A DNA stretch of 62,251 nt, filler included, from Piptocephalis cylindrospora (Eukaryota), in assembly GCA_003614145.1 (NCBI GenBank). It is 8 parts of 8 records of this genome, joined end to end, with 100 filler letters (N's around TTAATTAATTAA, not from the genome) between each part and the next. Parts side by side here need not be neighbours in the genome. Positions count along the whole stretch, not along the records: positions 31,310 to 39,017 come from KZ988188.1; positions 39,118 to 46,779 come from KZ988190.1; positions 46,880 to 54,537 come from KZ988191.1; 5 more parts are not named here. The stretch is one strand, 5' to 3'. Of the stretch, positions 38,217 to 50,433 are shown piece by piece. Each line of letters opens with the position of its first letter. Position 1 is the stretch's first letter. Below the pieces are notes generated by a model, which saw nothing but the letters and a program-made list of their open reading frames with translations, made no database searches and was not told the origin of the DNA. Position numbers and translations under genes: made by a program.

Positions 38217-39017
38217 ATGCCCGCTAAAGACCGCACGACCAATGGTCCTGGAAAGGGCAAATCCCCACAGGACAAGGGACTTCTCCCTTCGTCGGACTAT
38301 GTAACGGACGAGGCTCTGGAGAACCTCAAGTATTACAAATACGCTGCTGTGGACAAGTCTTACCTCACTCACTATGTCCTTCGCCACTATTGGAATTGGG
38401 CTGTGAATCTCTTCCCTCGATGGATGGCCCCAAACCTCATCACCCTAACAGGCCTCGGTTTTATCGGCCTTAATCTCCTCACCATCGCTTACTATATGCC
38501 CGACCTAGAGGGCCCCGCCCCCTCCTGGGTTTACTATGGGTTTGCCCTGGGTATGTGGCTGTACTCGACCTTTGACAATGTGGATGGGAAACAGGCCCGT
38601 CGTACCGGATCCTCCTCGCCCCTCGGGGAGCTCTTTGACCACGGGTGCGACGCACTCAACTGTGCCTTTGGCGGTCTAGTTCAGGCTGCCGGCCTGGCCT
38701 TGGGGGAATCTTGGTACACCGTATTTGTCTTTAACCTCACCACCCTAACCTTTTATCTCTCCACTTGGGAGGAATATCACACTGGCGTCCTGTATCTTGG
38801 GTACATCAATGGCCCCACCGAAGGCCTCGTCCTTTCCTGTCTTACCTTTATTGCTTCCGGTTACTGGGGCCCCCATATCTGGAGGACTCCGCTCATCTCC
38901 CTTCTCCCCTCCCTTCTCCAGGATACGGTCTTGGAGACCTGGGAGCTTCGGGATCTCCTCGTGGCCTCTATGGTTCTTACCGCCGGAATCTTCCATGTGG
39001 CCTTTTGCCTTGTTGCC
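38217..39017 (+). CDS. CPT1/EPT1: Choline/ethanolamine phosphotransferase (CDP-alcohol phosphotransferase), 3' part off contig
   Basis: YKYAAVDKS, WMAPNLITL, signature DNVDGKQARRTGSSSPLGELFDHGCD and WEEYHTGVLYLG. Confidence 0.95.
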
Positions 39018-39117
39018 NNNNNNNNNNNNNNNNNNNNNNNNNNNNNNNNNNNNNNNNNNNNTTAATTAATTAANNNNNNNNNNNNNNNNNNNNNNNNNNN
39101 NNNNNNNNNNNNNNNNN

Positions 39118-39419
39118 TGCAGAACGCGCTCCTTTATTTGAGCATCAGTCCCCACTTTTGATTTGAGTACATTAGCAATGGGTTGGATGGGATGGGAACC
39201 GGCGTAGATTTCATGGAGGAGAATTGGAAAGGGGATGAAGGCAGAGGGAGGCCCATGAAGGCCCTTTCTCAATTCATCTAGGCGGACATGCTGGACGGGA
39301 TGAGACGTAGTGGTTTGAGCCCTCTGGATGGAATGAGGGAGGGGAGGGGAGGGAGCAAAGGCGAATGGGACGAGGAGGGTGAGAAAGGAGAGGCGCAGCA
39401 TCATGTTGCGGATGAGCAT
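39118..39419 (-). CDS. N-terminus of a predicted secreted protein (truncated by the contig end), apparently related to 32074-34092
   Basis: Signal-like MMLRLSFLTLLVPFAFA-P, shared motifs DELRKGLH and HPIQPIANVLK, and upstream TATAAA near 39675. Confidence 0.65.
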
Positions 39420-40396
39420 ATGAAAGAATCTAGCAAATGGTGAAAAGTGCTGTTGCTGTTGAGGTGGGGGGGAGGGGGGAAGTTGCGGGGCCAAGGAATG
39501 AGAAGCGTCAAGGAGCTCGGAAGGAAATGGAATGTGAGAATGTATTTTGCTTAGGAAAGGATATTCCTGAGAAAGATGACGGGAGGGAGGGGGAAGGAAT
39601 CGTGGCAATGAGAGATGGGGAAGGATAATCGGAAAGGCGGGCAGAAGCGAGAAGGACGGGCTGGCCGGTCATTTATAAGTGAAGGAGCATGGATTCATAG
39701 GATATTAAGGGGCAGGGCGGTTCTATTAGACTCTTTTGAATCTCCGACTTCCATCAGAGTTTCATAGCCTATCAGTTCTCTACCACTCCTCACTGTGTCA
39801 AATACGAGTTCAGGAGCGGAGTAACCACATACTCATACTCAGCATACCTCGGTCCCCACTCTCATAAGCATACCGGGTGCTCTGACTGATCTATTGGGGT
39901 AATAATAATAATAATACGAGCGACTTGGAGCGTTGCGACCTTCAAATAATACCGGTACACTGAAATGCGACAACGAACAAGGGAAAGAAGGCGGAGGATT
40001 GAGGTAGGTCAGGTGAGCTATCCGAACCGGTTCATTCATCTAGCCCTGCTCGGCTGCAGCCACCTTCATGTCTATAGGATTGTCGTAAATGAAGTGCGGA
40101 ACTATACTTGCATTTATAAATGTAGTGGTGGAGGAAATATCGGTTATGTGTACAAGAGCTTGTTGCGGAAAGGCTTGGAGCCATGATATAATTCTCGTGG
40201 CTAGAGTTGGATAGGAGCAGTCCCAACGGGCCACCTCTCATTCATGCGAAGAAACACGTAATTAAGTGAGCATATAGTATCACAGCACTATCATGCAGAA
40301 ACAGATAGTTGAGGATAAAAAAAAGAATACGATTCAAATTGGACATGGTAATTGAGGGGGAGGAGGGGAGGGGAGGGAGAGGGGATGAAAGCGAAC

Positions 40397-43300
40397 TCAT
40401 GCAACGATCAAAGTTCCGTTCTGCTCCTCTGGCCCCTCCTTCTCCGATTCATTCTCCTCGGGCTTCTTCTTCTCCTCCTCTGGCTCCTCCTTCTTCTCTG
40501 ACTCCTCCTCATCCTTCATCGTCACCTTCTTCTTCTCCTTTTTCTCTCCAGAGGGCCGGGAAAGCCTCTTCTTCAGAGTAGAACCCCGCTTGACCACAGC
40601 AGCTTGTGGGCCCCGATGAAGATTGCTCTGGAGAGTAGAGGGAGCACGGCGTGGGGATGGAGTGGGAGATCCCGAGCCGGACCCGGATCCCGAAAGAACA
40701 GAAAAAGCCCCACGAAGGACAATACCCCCGGGAATGAGCGGACGTTGGGGGGAGGAGGAGAGAAAGGCCACCTTTCTGCCCATGAGGAGAGAGCCCTCGG
40801 ATTCCTTGCGCTTCCCGGAAGAGGAAGTACTGGAGGAGGGGATAGGGCCGGAGACGGACATAGCCCTGGTACGACTGGAGAGCGTGGGAGGGGAGGAGGA
40901 AGGGTGACGACCGGGGCTCCCGGGTCTCCGCCTATCCTCCCTGACCAACGGGGATCTCCTGCGGGGACGGAAGGAGGAGGAAATACCACTGGAGGGAGGG
41001 GAAGGGGAGGTGCGGGAAGAGGAAGAAGAGTTGGAAGTGGAAGAGGAATTAGAGTTGCAAGGGGAGGAGAGGGAGGTGGCGGAGGGGGAGGAGGACCTGT
41101 GGGGGCCGGACCGGACCGGGGACCTGGCCAGCCCAGTGCCCATGGTGTGAGAAGGCTTGACAAGGGATGCCTCGGCCTGGGCCTTCCTGTACCTCTGGAT
41201 CAATCCATCCACTTTGCCTTGACACACCTCGAGTCTTGCTTGAAGTCTCCTGTTCTCCCGAAGGACCTGAAGGACCCTTTCTTCCTCCAGACCCTGAGGC
41301 TTTTTGGGATCCTCGGACTTGTCGGCATCCCCGGACTTGTCGGAGTCAGTGGTTTTGGCGGGCTTGGACCCAGGCTTGACCTTGACAATCCTAACAGCCC
41401 CCCGTTCCCTCCACCGACCGACCCAGGCAATGATCTTGTCACGCCTAGACTCCTCATAGGCAAGCTCCAGGGCCCTGGCCTCGAGAAGAGAGGTGGACCG
41501 AGTAATGGACGAGGACTGGTCGGAGAGCTCCACTTGAAGGCCCTTGATCTGTCGGGTGACCCCAGCAGCCTGGGAGAGGAGACGAGAGTGGGTGCTATGA
41601 ACACGGAGCCAAAGGGACCGGACAGGACCGGTAAATGCCTCATCGTCCTGGTCCTTCACCTGATGATTATGCTGCTGAAGTTGGTGAATGTCCTCGAGAA
41701 TGCCTTGAATATCCTGCTCGGAGACATCCTCAGTGGAGGGAAGACTCGGGTCCTGGGGTGGAGTAGAGGGAATATCCTTGAAGATGGCCTCGTCCATGAC
41801 CCCCTCCAGGGCTTGGATGGCGGTGGTGAGCTCCTGGAGTCGTCGTTCCCTCCCCTCCATCTCCTCCTGGGTCCGGGTCATACGAGCCCTCTCCCCCTCC
41901 AGGGCCTCGATGGCAAGTTGATGAGCAGACCTGGAAACATCGGCCTCCCGGGTGGCTTCGGCCACGGCCCCAGCCCCGGCCCCAGCCTCCAGACCTTGGA
42001 GACGAGAGAGGAGGGAGGAGACCTCGGTACCACAGCCACGAACCCGCTGCTCCCAGCCCTTGGACCTATCCTTGGCCCTCTCCCTCGTCCCAGCCTTAGG
42101 GGAGGTGGTGATGGTGGGGGGGGGGAGGAGGAGGAGGAAGGGGAAGAGGAAAGGAGGCCAGCCCGCTCAAACTCCTTCCACTCACGGACCAAGGCTTGAA
42201 GGGAGCCTTCAACCCGGGAAACCAGTTCACCAACCCCACCAACCTCCGATTCACCAGACATACGGGCACGTCGTTCCTTACGGAGTGCAGCCCCGGCCTC
42301 AGCCTTGGCCTCCTCGGCTCCGGCAAGACGGGAGGCCAAGGCACGCTTCTCCTCGGTGACACGGGAGAGAAGGCCGGCGGCATCCTCACGTTCCCGGGCA
42401 GCCCGGGCCTCTGTATCCCGAAGGGCAGCACGGACGGCCTCGCACTCGGCGGCAGCACGGGCCAAAGCGGCCTCCCGTTCTTCGACAGCCTTTTGAAGGT
42501 GAGCAGCCTTACCCTCGGCGCCTGCCAAGCGACCCTCGGCGCCCGCCAACTCCTCCCGAACCGAAGCAACTTCCTTCTCGGCCTCGGCCAAACGTTCCGC
42601 AGCTCCCGCAGCCCCCTCACCCGCCTCCCTCCTCGCCTCCTCGAGGGCACCCTCAAGTCGGGTAGCCCGATCAGTAGCCTCCTTGGCTTCCTGCTGGGCC
42701 TGAGCCCTACCGGATCTAGCATCCTCCAGGGCGGCCTCGGCCCCGGCAGCCCGGAGCCTCTCGGATTCAACGGCTTGTTCAGCACCGGCAGCCCGTTCAC
42801 GGGCGGTGGTGAGTTCCTGGACGGCCGAGTCGAGCTCCCGGGATGCCTCCTCTCGAGCGGTCTTTGCATCGCGTAGACGCGCCTTGAGCTGACCAATGAC
42901 CCCGGCCTCCTTTCGTCGACCTCGACTGGGGGTGGGATGATGAATGCCCAGGTCGGGATCGCCATACTCGGGGGTGGTGGGGGGAGAGGAGGAAGAGGAG
43001 AGGCCAGTGAGATCGCCGGCCGACTCGGTGAAGAGGGGTGGGATGGGCTCGGCAGGGCCCCGAGAATGACCGTGATCAGGGGGTTCTGGATGGGGGCCAG
43101 GGTCGAAGAAGCCGCCGAGTTCATTGGAAAGACTAGTGGTGCTGAGCTCGGCGGCAAAGGAGGACCCCAGACTATTCCCAGGATCGATGGATCCACCCAT
43201 GGGGTCGGAACCATGGTCAAGGCCGGCAAAGGCCGGGTCCATGGAAGAACCGAGAGGGGGGGCCCCTCCGCCCATGTGATCCACCTCCTCAATCCGGTGC

Positions 43301-44316
43301 TGAAGACCCTCCACCTCATGCTCCAAGCTCCGACGAACAGCAACCTCCTGATCTAGACGATCACGCAACTCCCGTTCCACCTCTTGGAAACCGGTGAGTT
43401 GTTCACTGAGGGTTCGGGCAGCCGCTTCGGCAGCCTCCCGCTCCATCTCCTTGGCACGAACCTCTCGACGAATGGACTCCAATGCGCCTTCTCGTGTCCG
43501 GGCCTGGTCATCAAGAAGAGTAAGACGGTCTCGAAGTTCACTGGCAGACTGCTCGGTCTGAGAAAGGGAGGATTCAAGGGTCCTGACCTGGAGTTTAGAT
43601 CGATTAGCGGCCACCCGAGCGGCCTTTGCCTCAGCCTCCAGCTCCTCCCGGGCCAACTCTGCAGCGGTCCTTTCCTCCTCGAGACGGGCAGCCTGGGCAC
43701 GGGCCTCCGCCAGATCCTCCACATCGGCCCGTCGACGTTCCTCCAGGGCGGACAAAGTAGCATCTGCGGAATCGAGCTTGGCCTCCATGTCCTCACACCG
43801 GGAACGGTAGCGGGCAGCGGCTCCCCGGGCCATTTCATGATCCTGGAGGAGAGCTTCGTGAGCAGCGACAAGACGGGAGTGTTCCTTCTCCAGGGCAGCG
43901 CCCCCCTCCTCATTCCGGGCCTCCCTCTGGGCAATTTCCTGGCCAATAAGGGTGAGGCGACCAGCGAGTTCCCGGGCCTCAGCCTCCCGAATCTCCAAAG
44001 AGGCCTCAAGGGAACGGATCCTCTGTCGTTCCTCCTCAATGGCCCTTCGTTCCTCGGCGTGATCCCATGATTTTTCAGGTGATGGGGATTTGGGGGCCGT
44101 TGAGGAGGATGAAGAGGTGGTGGTGGTGGAGGCAGTAGAGGGGTAAAAGGCTAGACGTCGCTTGAGCCTTCGAGCTTTTCTTGCACTGGCACTCACAGAG
44201 GAAGGGGTCCCTCCCCTCTCCAAGGTGATTCTTCGGAAAAGGGCTGATGAGGGGGTGGTGGGAGTTGGGGGAGTAGGAGTGTCTTCTTCTGCTGCAGCTT
44301 GAATCAGGGAGGACAT
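40397..44316 (-). CDS. Large coiled-coil protein (about 1300 aa) with Ser/Pro-rich and acidic/basic tail; split by one frameshift at the G10 run 42116-42125
   Basis: Long E/A/R/L-rich heptad regions in ORFs 41878-44847 and 40397-41965. Changing frame at the homopolymer joins them (...EFERAGLLSSSP / TITTSPKAG...GAVAEATREAD). Confidence 0.75.
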
Positions 44317-46461
44317 GAGCGATGTGAAAGGGAAAGGAAGAGTGGGGAGGGGGGGGAAAGGGGGAAAAGGAGGGGAGAAGGGAGGAGTGAGATGTCGTGG
44401 AAGAGGACAAGAAAGAGGGAAGGGGAAGGAGGGGAGCAAGAAGCAAACAGAAAACGATGGGAAAAGAGTAACAAGAGGAAGGGAGGGAGGGAAGGAAGAA
44501 GAGGGGAAGGGGGGAGATTGAGAGGGAAGGAAGGGTAGGGATGCACGGCAATCACGAAGGAAAACGGACAGAAAGGAGCACAAAGAGGGAGAAAGAGTGG
44601 GGGGAGCAAGAAGGGGCGAGGGAAGGGGATGGGGAAGGAAGAAAGAAAGAAGAGCGGTGGTGGTGGCGGGACGAGGAGGTGGGAGAGGGTCGTATAGAGT
44701 GAACGAGAGAGGAGGAGGAGGAGGAGGAGGTGCGGGGGATACCGAGGGATCAAGAGAGGGAGCGGAGGTTCTTTTGGGGTGGCGGGGCTGCAGTTTGTGT
44801 GTCTTTGGGTGATAGACAGACACACACACAGACACACATATACACACACTCTATACAGCCAAAGCTGGGCGGAGCATGAGAAAGTATGTGGGGAGACTCC
44901 GCCACCCGACAGCCCCGACGAGCGGGAGCCCTTTTTCCCCCTCCCCTTGTCCGCCCAACTCACAGGGCGTGGGGTCCCTTTAGGTGTGGGGAGGGATGGA
45001 AGGAGAAGAGGTGAGGTGAGGTGAGGTGGGTGTGAGGAGCCACACCCACTCATCTTGAAGGCTTAAGAGAGGGGAAGAGGTGCACACGCGCTGGTTTAAA
45101 CGAGGGGGACGAAGGAGGTAACACACACACACAACACACACATACACACATTGACCATGAGAAGCATGGAGAAAGAGAATGGTGTCTCCCTCATTGATAC
45201 ATGGATACATACACAAGTGCACTTGAGACTAAGAAAGAGTGTCCCTAATAGCAGGGTGACATGGAGGTAGTATCCTTTCAGACTCCAAGAGCTCCCTCCC
45301 CCCCTTAAAGCGATGGAAAGGACGAGGAGAAGGCAGGAGGATCATAGGATCAAGTGAGGAGAAAGATGGGACGCATCAGGAGCAGCCACATCCTCATCAT
45401 CCTTACTGGATGCTGCAGCCAGGAGAAGGGGATTGGGTCATGTTGGACCAAAGCATGGGAAGGGGGCTGGGTCAAAGTGGGGGAATAGGTCATGCTTCTT
45501 CATGCAGAAAGGCGCGTACGCTCATGCAAAGAGATTTGTGGATGTGAACTGGAGACTTACGAGGGATGAGCATGGGCCTGGGTCACTCAAGAGGATGGTA
45601 GCAATAGGCACCATTACCTTCCCAATAGGGAATTCGTTATTGGAGCAATATCTTTCCGCCAAGGTCAAGGTCTATATTCCCATAGATGAACTAATAATCA
45701 GGGCTGGCCCTCTTCCCCATCCCCATCCAACCCCATCACGCCACCCCATTTCCTTCCATTCCTAGAGTCATCTTTGCACACTTCACCCATCTCCTATCCC
45801 TTGTGTCCCCTAGACATAGATTACCTCTGGGAGAATAGGGTATAGAAAGGGAGAAAGAAATACTCCAAACACGAACAGGTTGCGCCCCATCCTCCTTACC
45901 CATGAAGAAAGGACGAGAGGTTCTCAAGGGCCCATCCATATCCTTGGCTCTTTGATCATCATCCCCAGAAGGAAAGGGATATGCTGATGAGGGCCTGGGA
46001 CAAGTCCATAGCGGCACCACCCATGCTAAAAGATAGGGCTTCTTCATGCAGAGGTCTACATACTAGTCACTGGACATATCGTACTCTGACGATCAGCATG
46101 AACACGCCTCCATTGGATAGCTCATACTCCGACCGTCAGCAAGAGTCTATCCCCATTGGATAGGTCCTACTCCGCATACATTGCATTTCCTTTTTGAACC
46201 GCACTCCGCAGCGTCCTTGTAGAGTAGTACAAAGTAGAATAGATGAATAGTGCGCTAGACAAAGGTATGAGACAGAGGGAGGGAGAGGTAATGGAGAGAA
46301 AAAAGAAAGGAAAGAAAAGAAAGGAAATGAAAGGAAATAAATAAAATAAAAGAAAGAAAAGAAAAGAAAAAGAAAATTGCTATATGCACCATCATCCTCT
46401 CACACTACCAAGACACACGCGCGCATCATCATCCCATCTCTCTCTCTCTCTCTTCCTCTGA

Positions 46462-46779
46462 TCAATCTCTGTCCAAATCGTTCAGAATCCGCAAAATGGA
46501 AAGGAAAAGATTGATAAAATCCAGATAGAGATCGACCGAGGCAACAACATACTCCTCACAACTGACCCTTCGCATGATCATATAGGTGTCGTAAATGGTG
46601 TAGCCGGCAAAGAGGAAGGCGGAGAATGAGGCGATGCACAGATCGAGAATCCGACCAAAGGGCAGGAAGATTTGGATAAGGCCAGTGAGGACCACGGCCC
46701 ATAAGCCGACATAAAGGAAGGGGCCCATGCCAGAAAAGTCTCTTTTGGACTGTAGAGTATACAGAGTGAGGGCGAGGAA
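46462..46779 (-). CDS. BXI1: Bax inhibitor-1/TMBIM family membrane protein, C-terminal part
   Basis: TLQSKRDFSGMGPFL, YTIYDT, and EEYVVASVDLYLDFINLFLSILRIL with the family di-aspartyl motif. Confidence 0.92.
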   Translation of the reverse strand, partial: FLALTLYTLQSKRDFSGMGPFLYVGLWAVVLTGLIQIFLPFGRILDLCIASFSAFLFAGYTIYDTYMIMRRVSCEEYVVASVDLYLDFINLFLSILRILNDLDRD

Positions 46780-46879
46780 NNNNNNNNNNNNNNNNNNNNN
46801 NNNNNNNNNNNNNNNNNNNNNNNTTAATTAATTAANNNNNNNNNNNNNNNNNNNNNNNNNNNNNNNNNNNNNNNNNNNN

Positions 46880-47342
46880 CACCACTGACCCCCCTGGCCT
46901 TACAGAGCTGATCGTATTTGTTGGTCGAAGCATCCAACTTTCGACGAATCTTGGCCCATTTAGCAAATTCATCCTAAAAGAGAGGGGGTAACTTGAGTCG
47001 ATTCTCCCCTCCCTGCCCATCCCCCTCCCTTCCCCCATGAACCCTACATGAGCATTGGTGGCCCGTAGCTGGCCTCGCAGTCGTAGAGTCTCTCGTTTGT
47101 ACTTTTGCCTCTCAAGGACAATGGGATTGGGAACCAAGGAAAAGTAGGTTTGATAGAGCTACGGGAGAGGACGTGGAATGAGATGACCAGGATCAAGGAA
47201 TAGGGTGGGAATCCCCCCCTCTCTCTCTCTCTCTCTTCCCGCTAGAATAACCCCCCACCTTTTCAGCAACCCGAGTATACCCCACCACTCGGATGACCGA
47301 GGTGAGGATGGCCAATAGGAGGATGAGCAAGGCAAGCCACAT
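46880..47342 (-). CDS. GET1: GET1/WRB (CHD5-like) ER insertase subunit, first three exons; not in the ORF track as a unit
   Basis: Spliced by eye: MWLALLILLLAILTSVIRVVGYTRVAEK / LYQTYFSLVPNPIVLERQKYKRETLRLRGQLRATNAH / DEFAKWAKIRRKLD. DEFAKWAK is the Get1 signature. Confidence 0.88.
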
Positions 47343-47991
47343 GTCCTTGCCGTAATGGAGTTTCGAGGTGGAGGTAAGTAGTGGTATTGGGAGAGGAGGA
47401 AGGAAAGGAGAGAGGAGAGGAGACCGGCAGTGGGATATACACCTTCATTGCATTCCTCCCCCCTCCACACACATTCTCTCTCACATACTCCAGCTTGAAG
47501 GAGATGTTATGGGCAAGGGCCCTCTCCTACTCCTCCCCCCTCCAACGCCTGTTGCTAATCAATGGGGGGGGGGGGGGGGGGGGGGGGCCCCCTGCTCCAC
47601 AAAAAAGACAATCTTCCGGAGAAAAAAACAGCACACCAACAGGGCGCGGGGCCAGCCGAGCCCATCACACCCCACGCGGGGCGGACCTTGAATCCATCCC
47701 TCAACAGACCCTTTACTCCGCTCAAGGGCCTCCTTGTATGATCTGTATAAACTAGTATCTTTCTAGTCTCTCTTCTTTCTGGATTTTTCCTCTCCTTCCT
47801 CTTCCTCCTTCTCCTCCTCCTCCCTTCCTTTCCTCTCTCTCTTCCCGCTTTTCCCACGACTCACCTGACGCCGTTGTTCTATCCCCCTTCTCCTCCTCCT
47901 CTCCTCCCTTCTCGCTTTTGCTGAACGCCACGACCTGACCCATCCTTCTTCCCCCTTCCTGCTTCTGCTGGACGCCACGACTGGACCCACA

Positions 47992-48026
<35 letters not shown>

Positions 48027-48029
48027 AGA

Positions 48030-49518
48030 ATGTCTCCTCCTTTTCTCCTGCTCCTCGCTGCCCTCCTCCCACTTTCCCTGGTCTCGGCGGAAGGAATCCA
48101 GGGAAATGACACAGTCCTTCTCCTCGATCGATACGCTCGTCTCACCAACCACTCACAGACTGGGGGGGATATCCCCGTATGGAAAGCTCGATTGGATGGG
48201 TATGCCATTCAAGTGTCCGACCCCATATCCGCTCATAAGCACTTGACACGTTGGTCCGAAAAATACCTGGCCTTGGATCGATCTGGCAACGCTGCCCGTC
48301 GTCAGCGCTACCGGGATAAGCTCGGCCATATCTTCGGGCCCCCCAGCCCCGACAGAGAGATCATCGGCATCAACGCCAATCTCCCCACGGCCAATTGGTC
48401 CATCGACTTTGACCATGTCTCCTCCGACAAGGACGGTCTCTTCTCCGCTGATAACATCCTCCTACCCCATACCATCCCCGCCGGCTCCGCCATCCCTTTT
48501 TCCCTTCGTCTCCCCACCAACGACACCCGCGCCTTCACCGCCTCCATGTACCTCTTCGCCCCGAAGGGCTGGATGGTCGTCTCGGACATCGACGACACCA
48601 TCAAGTGGACCGGCGCCATCAACGCCTCCATGACCATCCGAAACCTTCTGGTCAACGATGATGCCCCCATCCCCGGTATGCCCCATCTCTATCAACACCT
48701 CCTTTCCTCCCTCTCCATCCCCTCCCCCCAGGACTACTCCAACCTCATCTCCCTTCCCCCCCAAGACCCCCGCTCCCCTTCTGGATCAGCCAGGCACCTC
48801 CCCCTCCGTCTCCTTCTACTACCTTTCGGGCTCTCCATGGCGCGTGGGCGGCCCCATCTCCTCCTTTCTCCGTTCCGCAAAGTATCCTCCCGGCGTCCTG
48901 GAGCTCTCGGGGATCCGCGTCAACAGGCCCTATTCTATATACGTCAACTCCGACATCGGTCGGTACAAGATCGAGAAAATGACCTCCCTCCTCGCCGAGT
49001 TCCCCGACCGCAATTGGATCTGGTTCGGCGACAGCGGCCAGGCTGATCCCCGCGTCTACGGCGACAAGTACCGTGATCTCATGCGTGATCAGCCCAGCCG
49101 CGCCATCCCCCCATGCATCTACATCCGTAGGGTCCGTGGGGTCAACGAGGAAAAAGAGACCCTACTCAATACCGTCGAGCGCTTCCGTTGGGACTTTCGA
49201 GGCATCCCCGCCGACCGGTGGATGGTCTTTGATAATCCCTCCTTCATTGAGCGCGTCAACTTTGCCTCCGGTCACTGCTATCCCCCGGGTGAGATCAACC
49301 CCTGGGTCGATCCCTGGGAGGCCCACAACTCCACCACCGCCATGGGCATCGAAGTCCCCGAGGGCAGCAAGGAGGCTGAGCGCGATCCCGAGGGCTCCCA
49401 GGGAATGCTCGAAGATGGTGTAGTCGGTAAGCTGCCCACCACCGAAAAATTTTGGCTTCGGAAACATCGTTTCCGCAGTATGCGCAAGGGCTGGAAACAT
49501 CTTTTGGGACTGGAGTGA
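48030..49518 (+). CDS. Signal-peptide-bearing APP1-like phosphatidate phosphatase (HAD fold); one frameshift near 48720-48762
   Basis: Signal MSPPFLLLLAALLPLSLVSA. First frame has VVSDIDDTIK and PIPGMPHLY; the +1 frame has YYLSGSPW, FGDSGQADPRVY and IYIRRV. Confidence 0.85.
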
Positions 49519-49722
49519 TCATGACTTGGGTATCAGAGTGATCGTGCTTTCAGTCTAGAGCCATCCTCTCTTGCTTCATCCATGACCTTTCCAGGGAATG
49601 TGACGTGTGGACTCTTGCCCCCTACTTTTGACATTATATATCTTGACAAGGAAAAAATCGGGTTTTTTTGAGCATGAAGTAGCACCCCACCTACTCCTCT
49701 CTTTCCCTCCCATAGAACTCTG

Positions 49723-50433
49723 CTATGCTTGAGCATCATGGAGAAGGGAAATATCGGAAAAGACAAGCTCTCCTCCAGGAATAGTGATGTTCTTGTTCAG
49801 TACCGTAGAGGTATACTGGAAAAGGCCGTAGTCAGCTCGTTCCTTCTGGAACTTTGGAGTGTCATACAAGGGGGAGGAGGCCCGGCCAAGGAAGAGTCCC
49901 TTGCCCCCAGACAAGACCCACTTATACCCCGATTTTCCGTCCTTGTTTGTAAGGACATTGACACACGACCAGGTGGCATGAGAGTCAATGTCCTCCAGTG
50001 AGCTGAGCACCGGCTTGATATTCGGGTAGCCAGCCGAGCGTTTCTCACACGTCTTGCTCCCACATCGACCCAGGTACAGGCCAGTAGCCAGGTTTTTCAG
50101 GGCAATGGCCCCCTTGATCACCTTGGTCGCACTCACCACTGCCCACTTTTGCTGCTTTCCATCATCATTATAGTACTCCTGAAGGGTACTGGCAAAGGAA
50201 GGATCCCATGTCACGTTGGTACATCCCGTGCACGACCCCGCATACCGTCCCGGACGATGAGGAAGGGAAATGATGTTGTCAATCGAGCATGGATTTACCA
50301 TCCATCCTCCTACGCCGCCAAGGCCGGTCGTGTTATACTTATTTCCAAAGACATCCGAGGACATAAGTTGCCCCATCCCGGATTCAATCCCCAGCAGGGT
50401 TATTGCCAGGGGCAGCAGAGCTTTAAACAGCAT
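49723..50433 (-). CDS. Secreted beta-trefoil-like protein A (236 aa)
   Basis: Signal MLFKALLPLAITLLGIESGMG, three internal pseudo-repeats (ISLPHRPGRYAGSC, IALKNLATGLYLGRC, WVLSGGKGLFLGR), a QxW motif and six Cys. Confidence 0.8.
   Translation of the reverse strand: MLFKALLPLAITLLGIESGMGQLMSSDVFGNKYNTTGLGGVGGWMVNPCSIDNIISLPHRPGRYAGSCTGCTNVTWDPSFASTLQEYYNDDGKQQKWAVVSATKVIKGAIALKNLATGLYLGRCGSKTCEKRSAGYPNIKPVLSSLEDIDSHATWSCVNVLTNKDGKSGYKWVLSGGKGLFLGRASSPLYDTPKFQKERADYGLFQYTSTVLNKNITIPGGELVFSDISLLHDAQA

Noticed and set aside
39960..40240. Short ORFs that might be a relic of the large secreted family (IISWLQAFPQ versus VVEWFKVQFPK)
   Set aside because: The similarity is too short and gapped to distinguish from chance by eye.
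42116..42125. Possible programmed frameshift in the coiled-coil gene
   Set aside because: It falls in a 10-base G/C homopolymer in an assembly with obvious homopolymer problems. A sequencing indel is far more likely.
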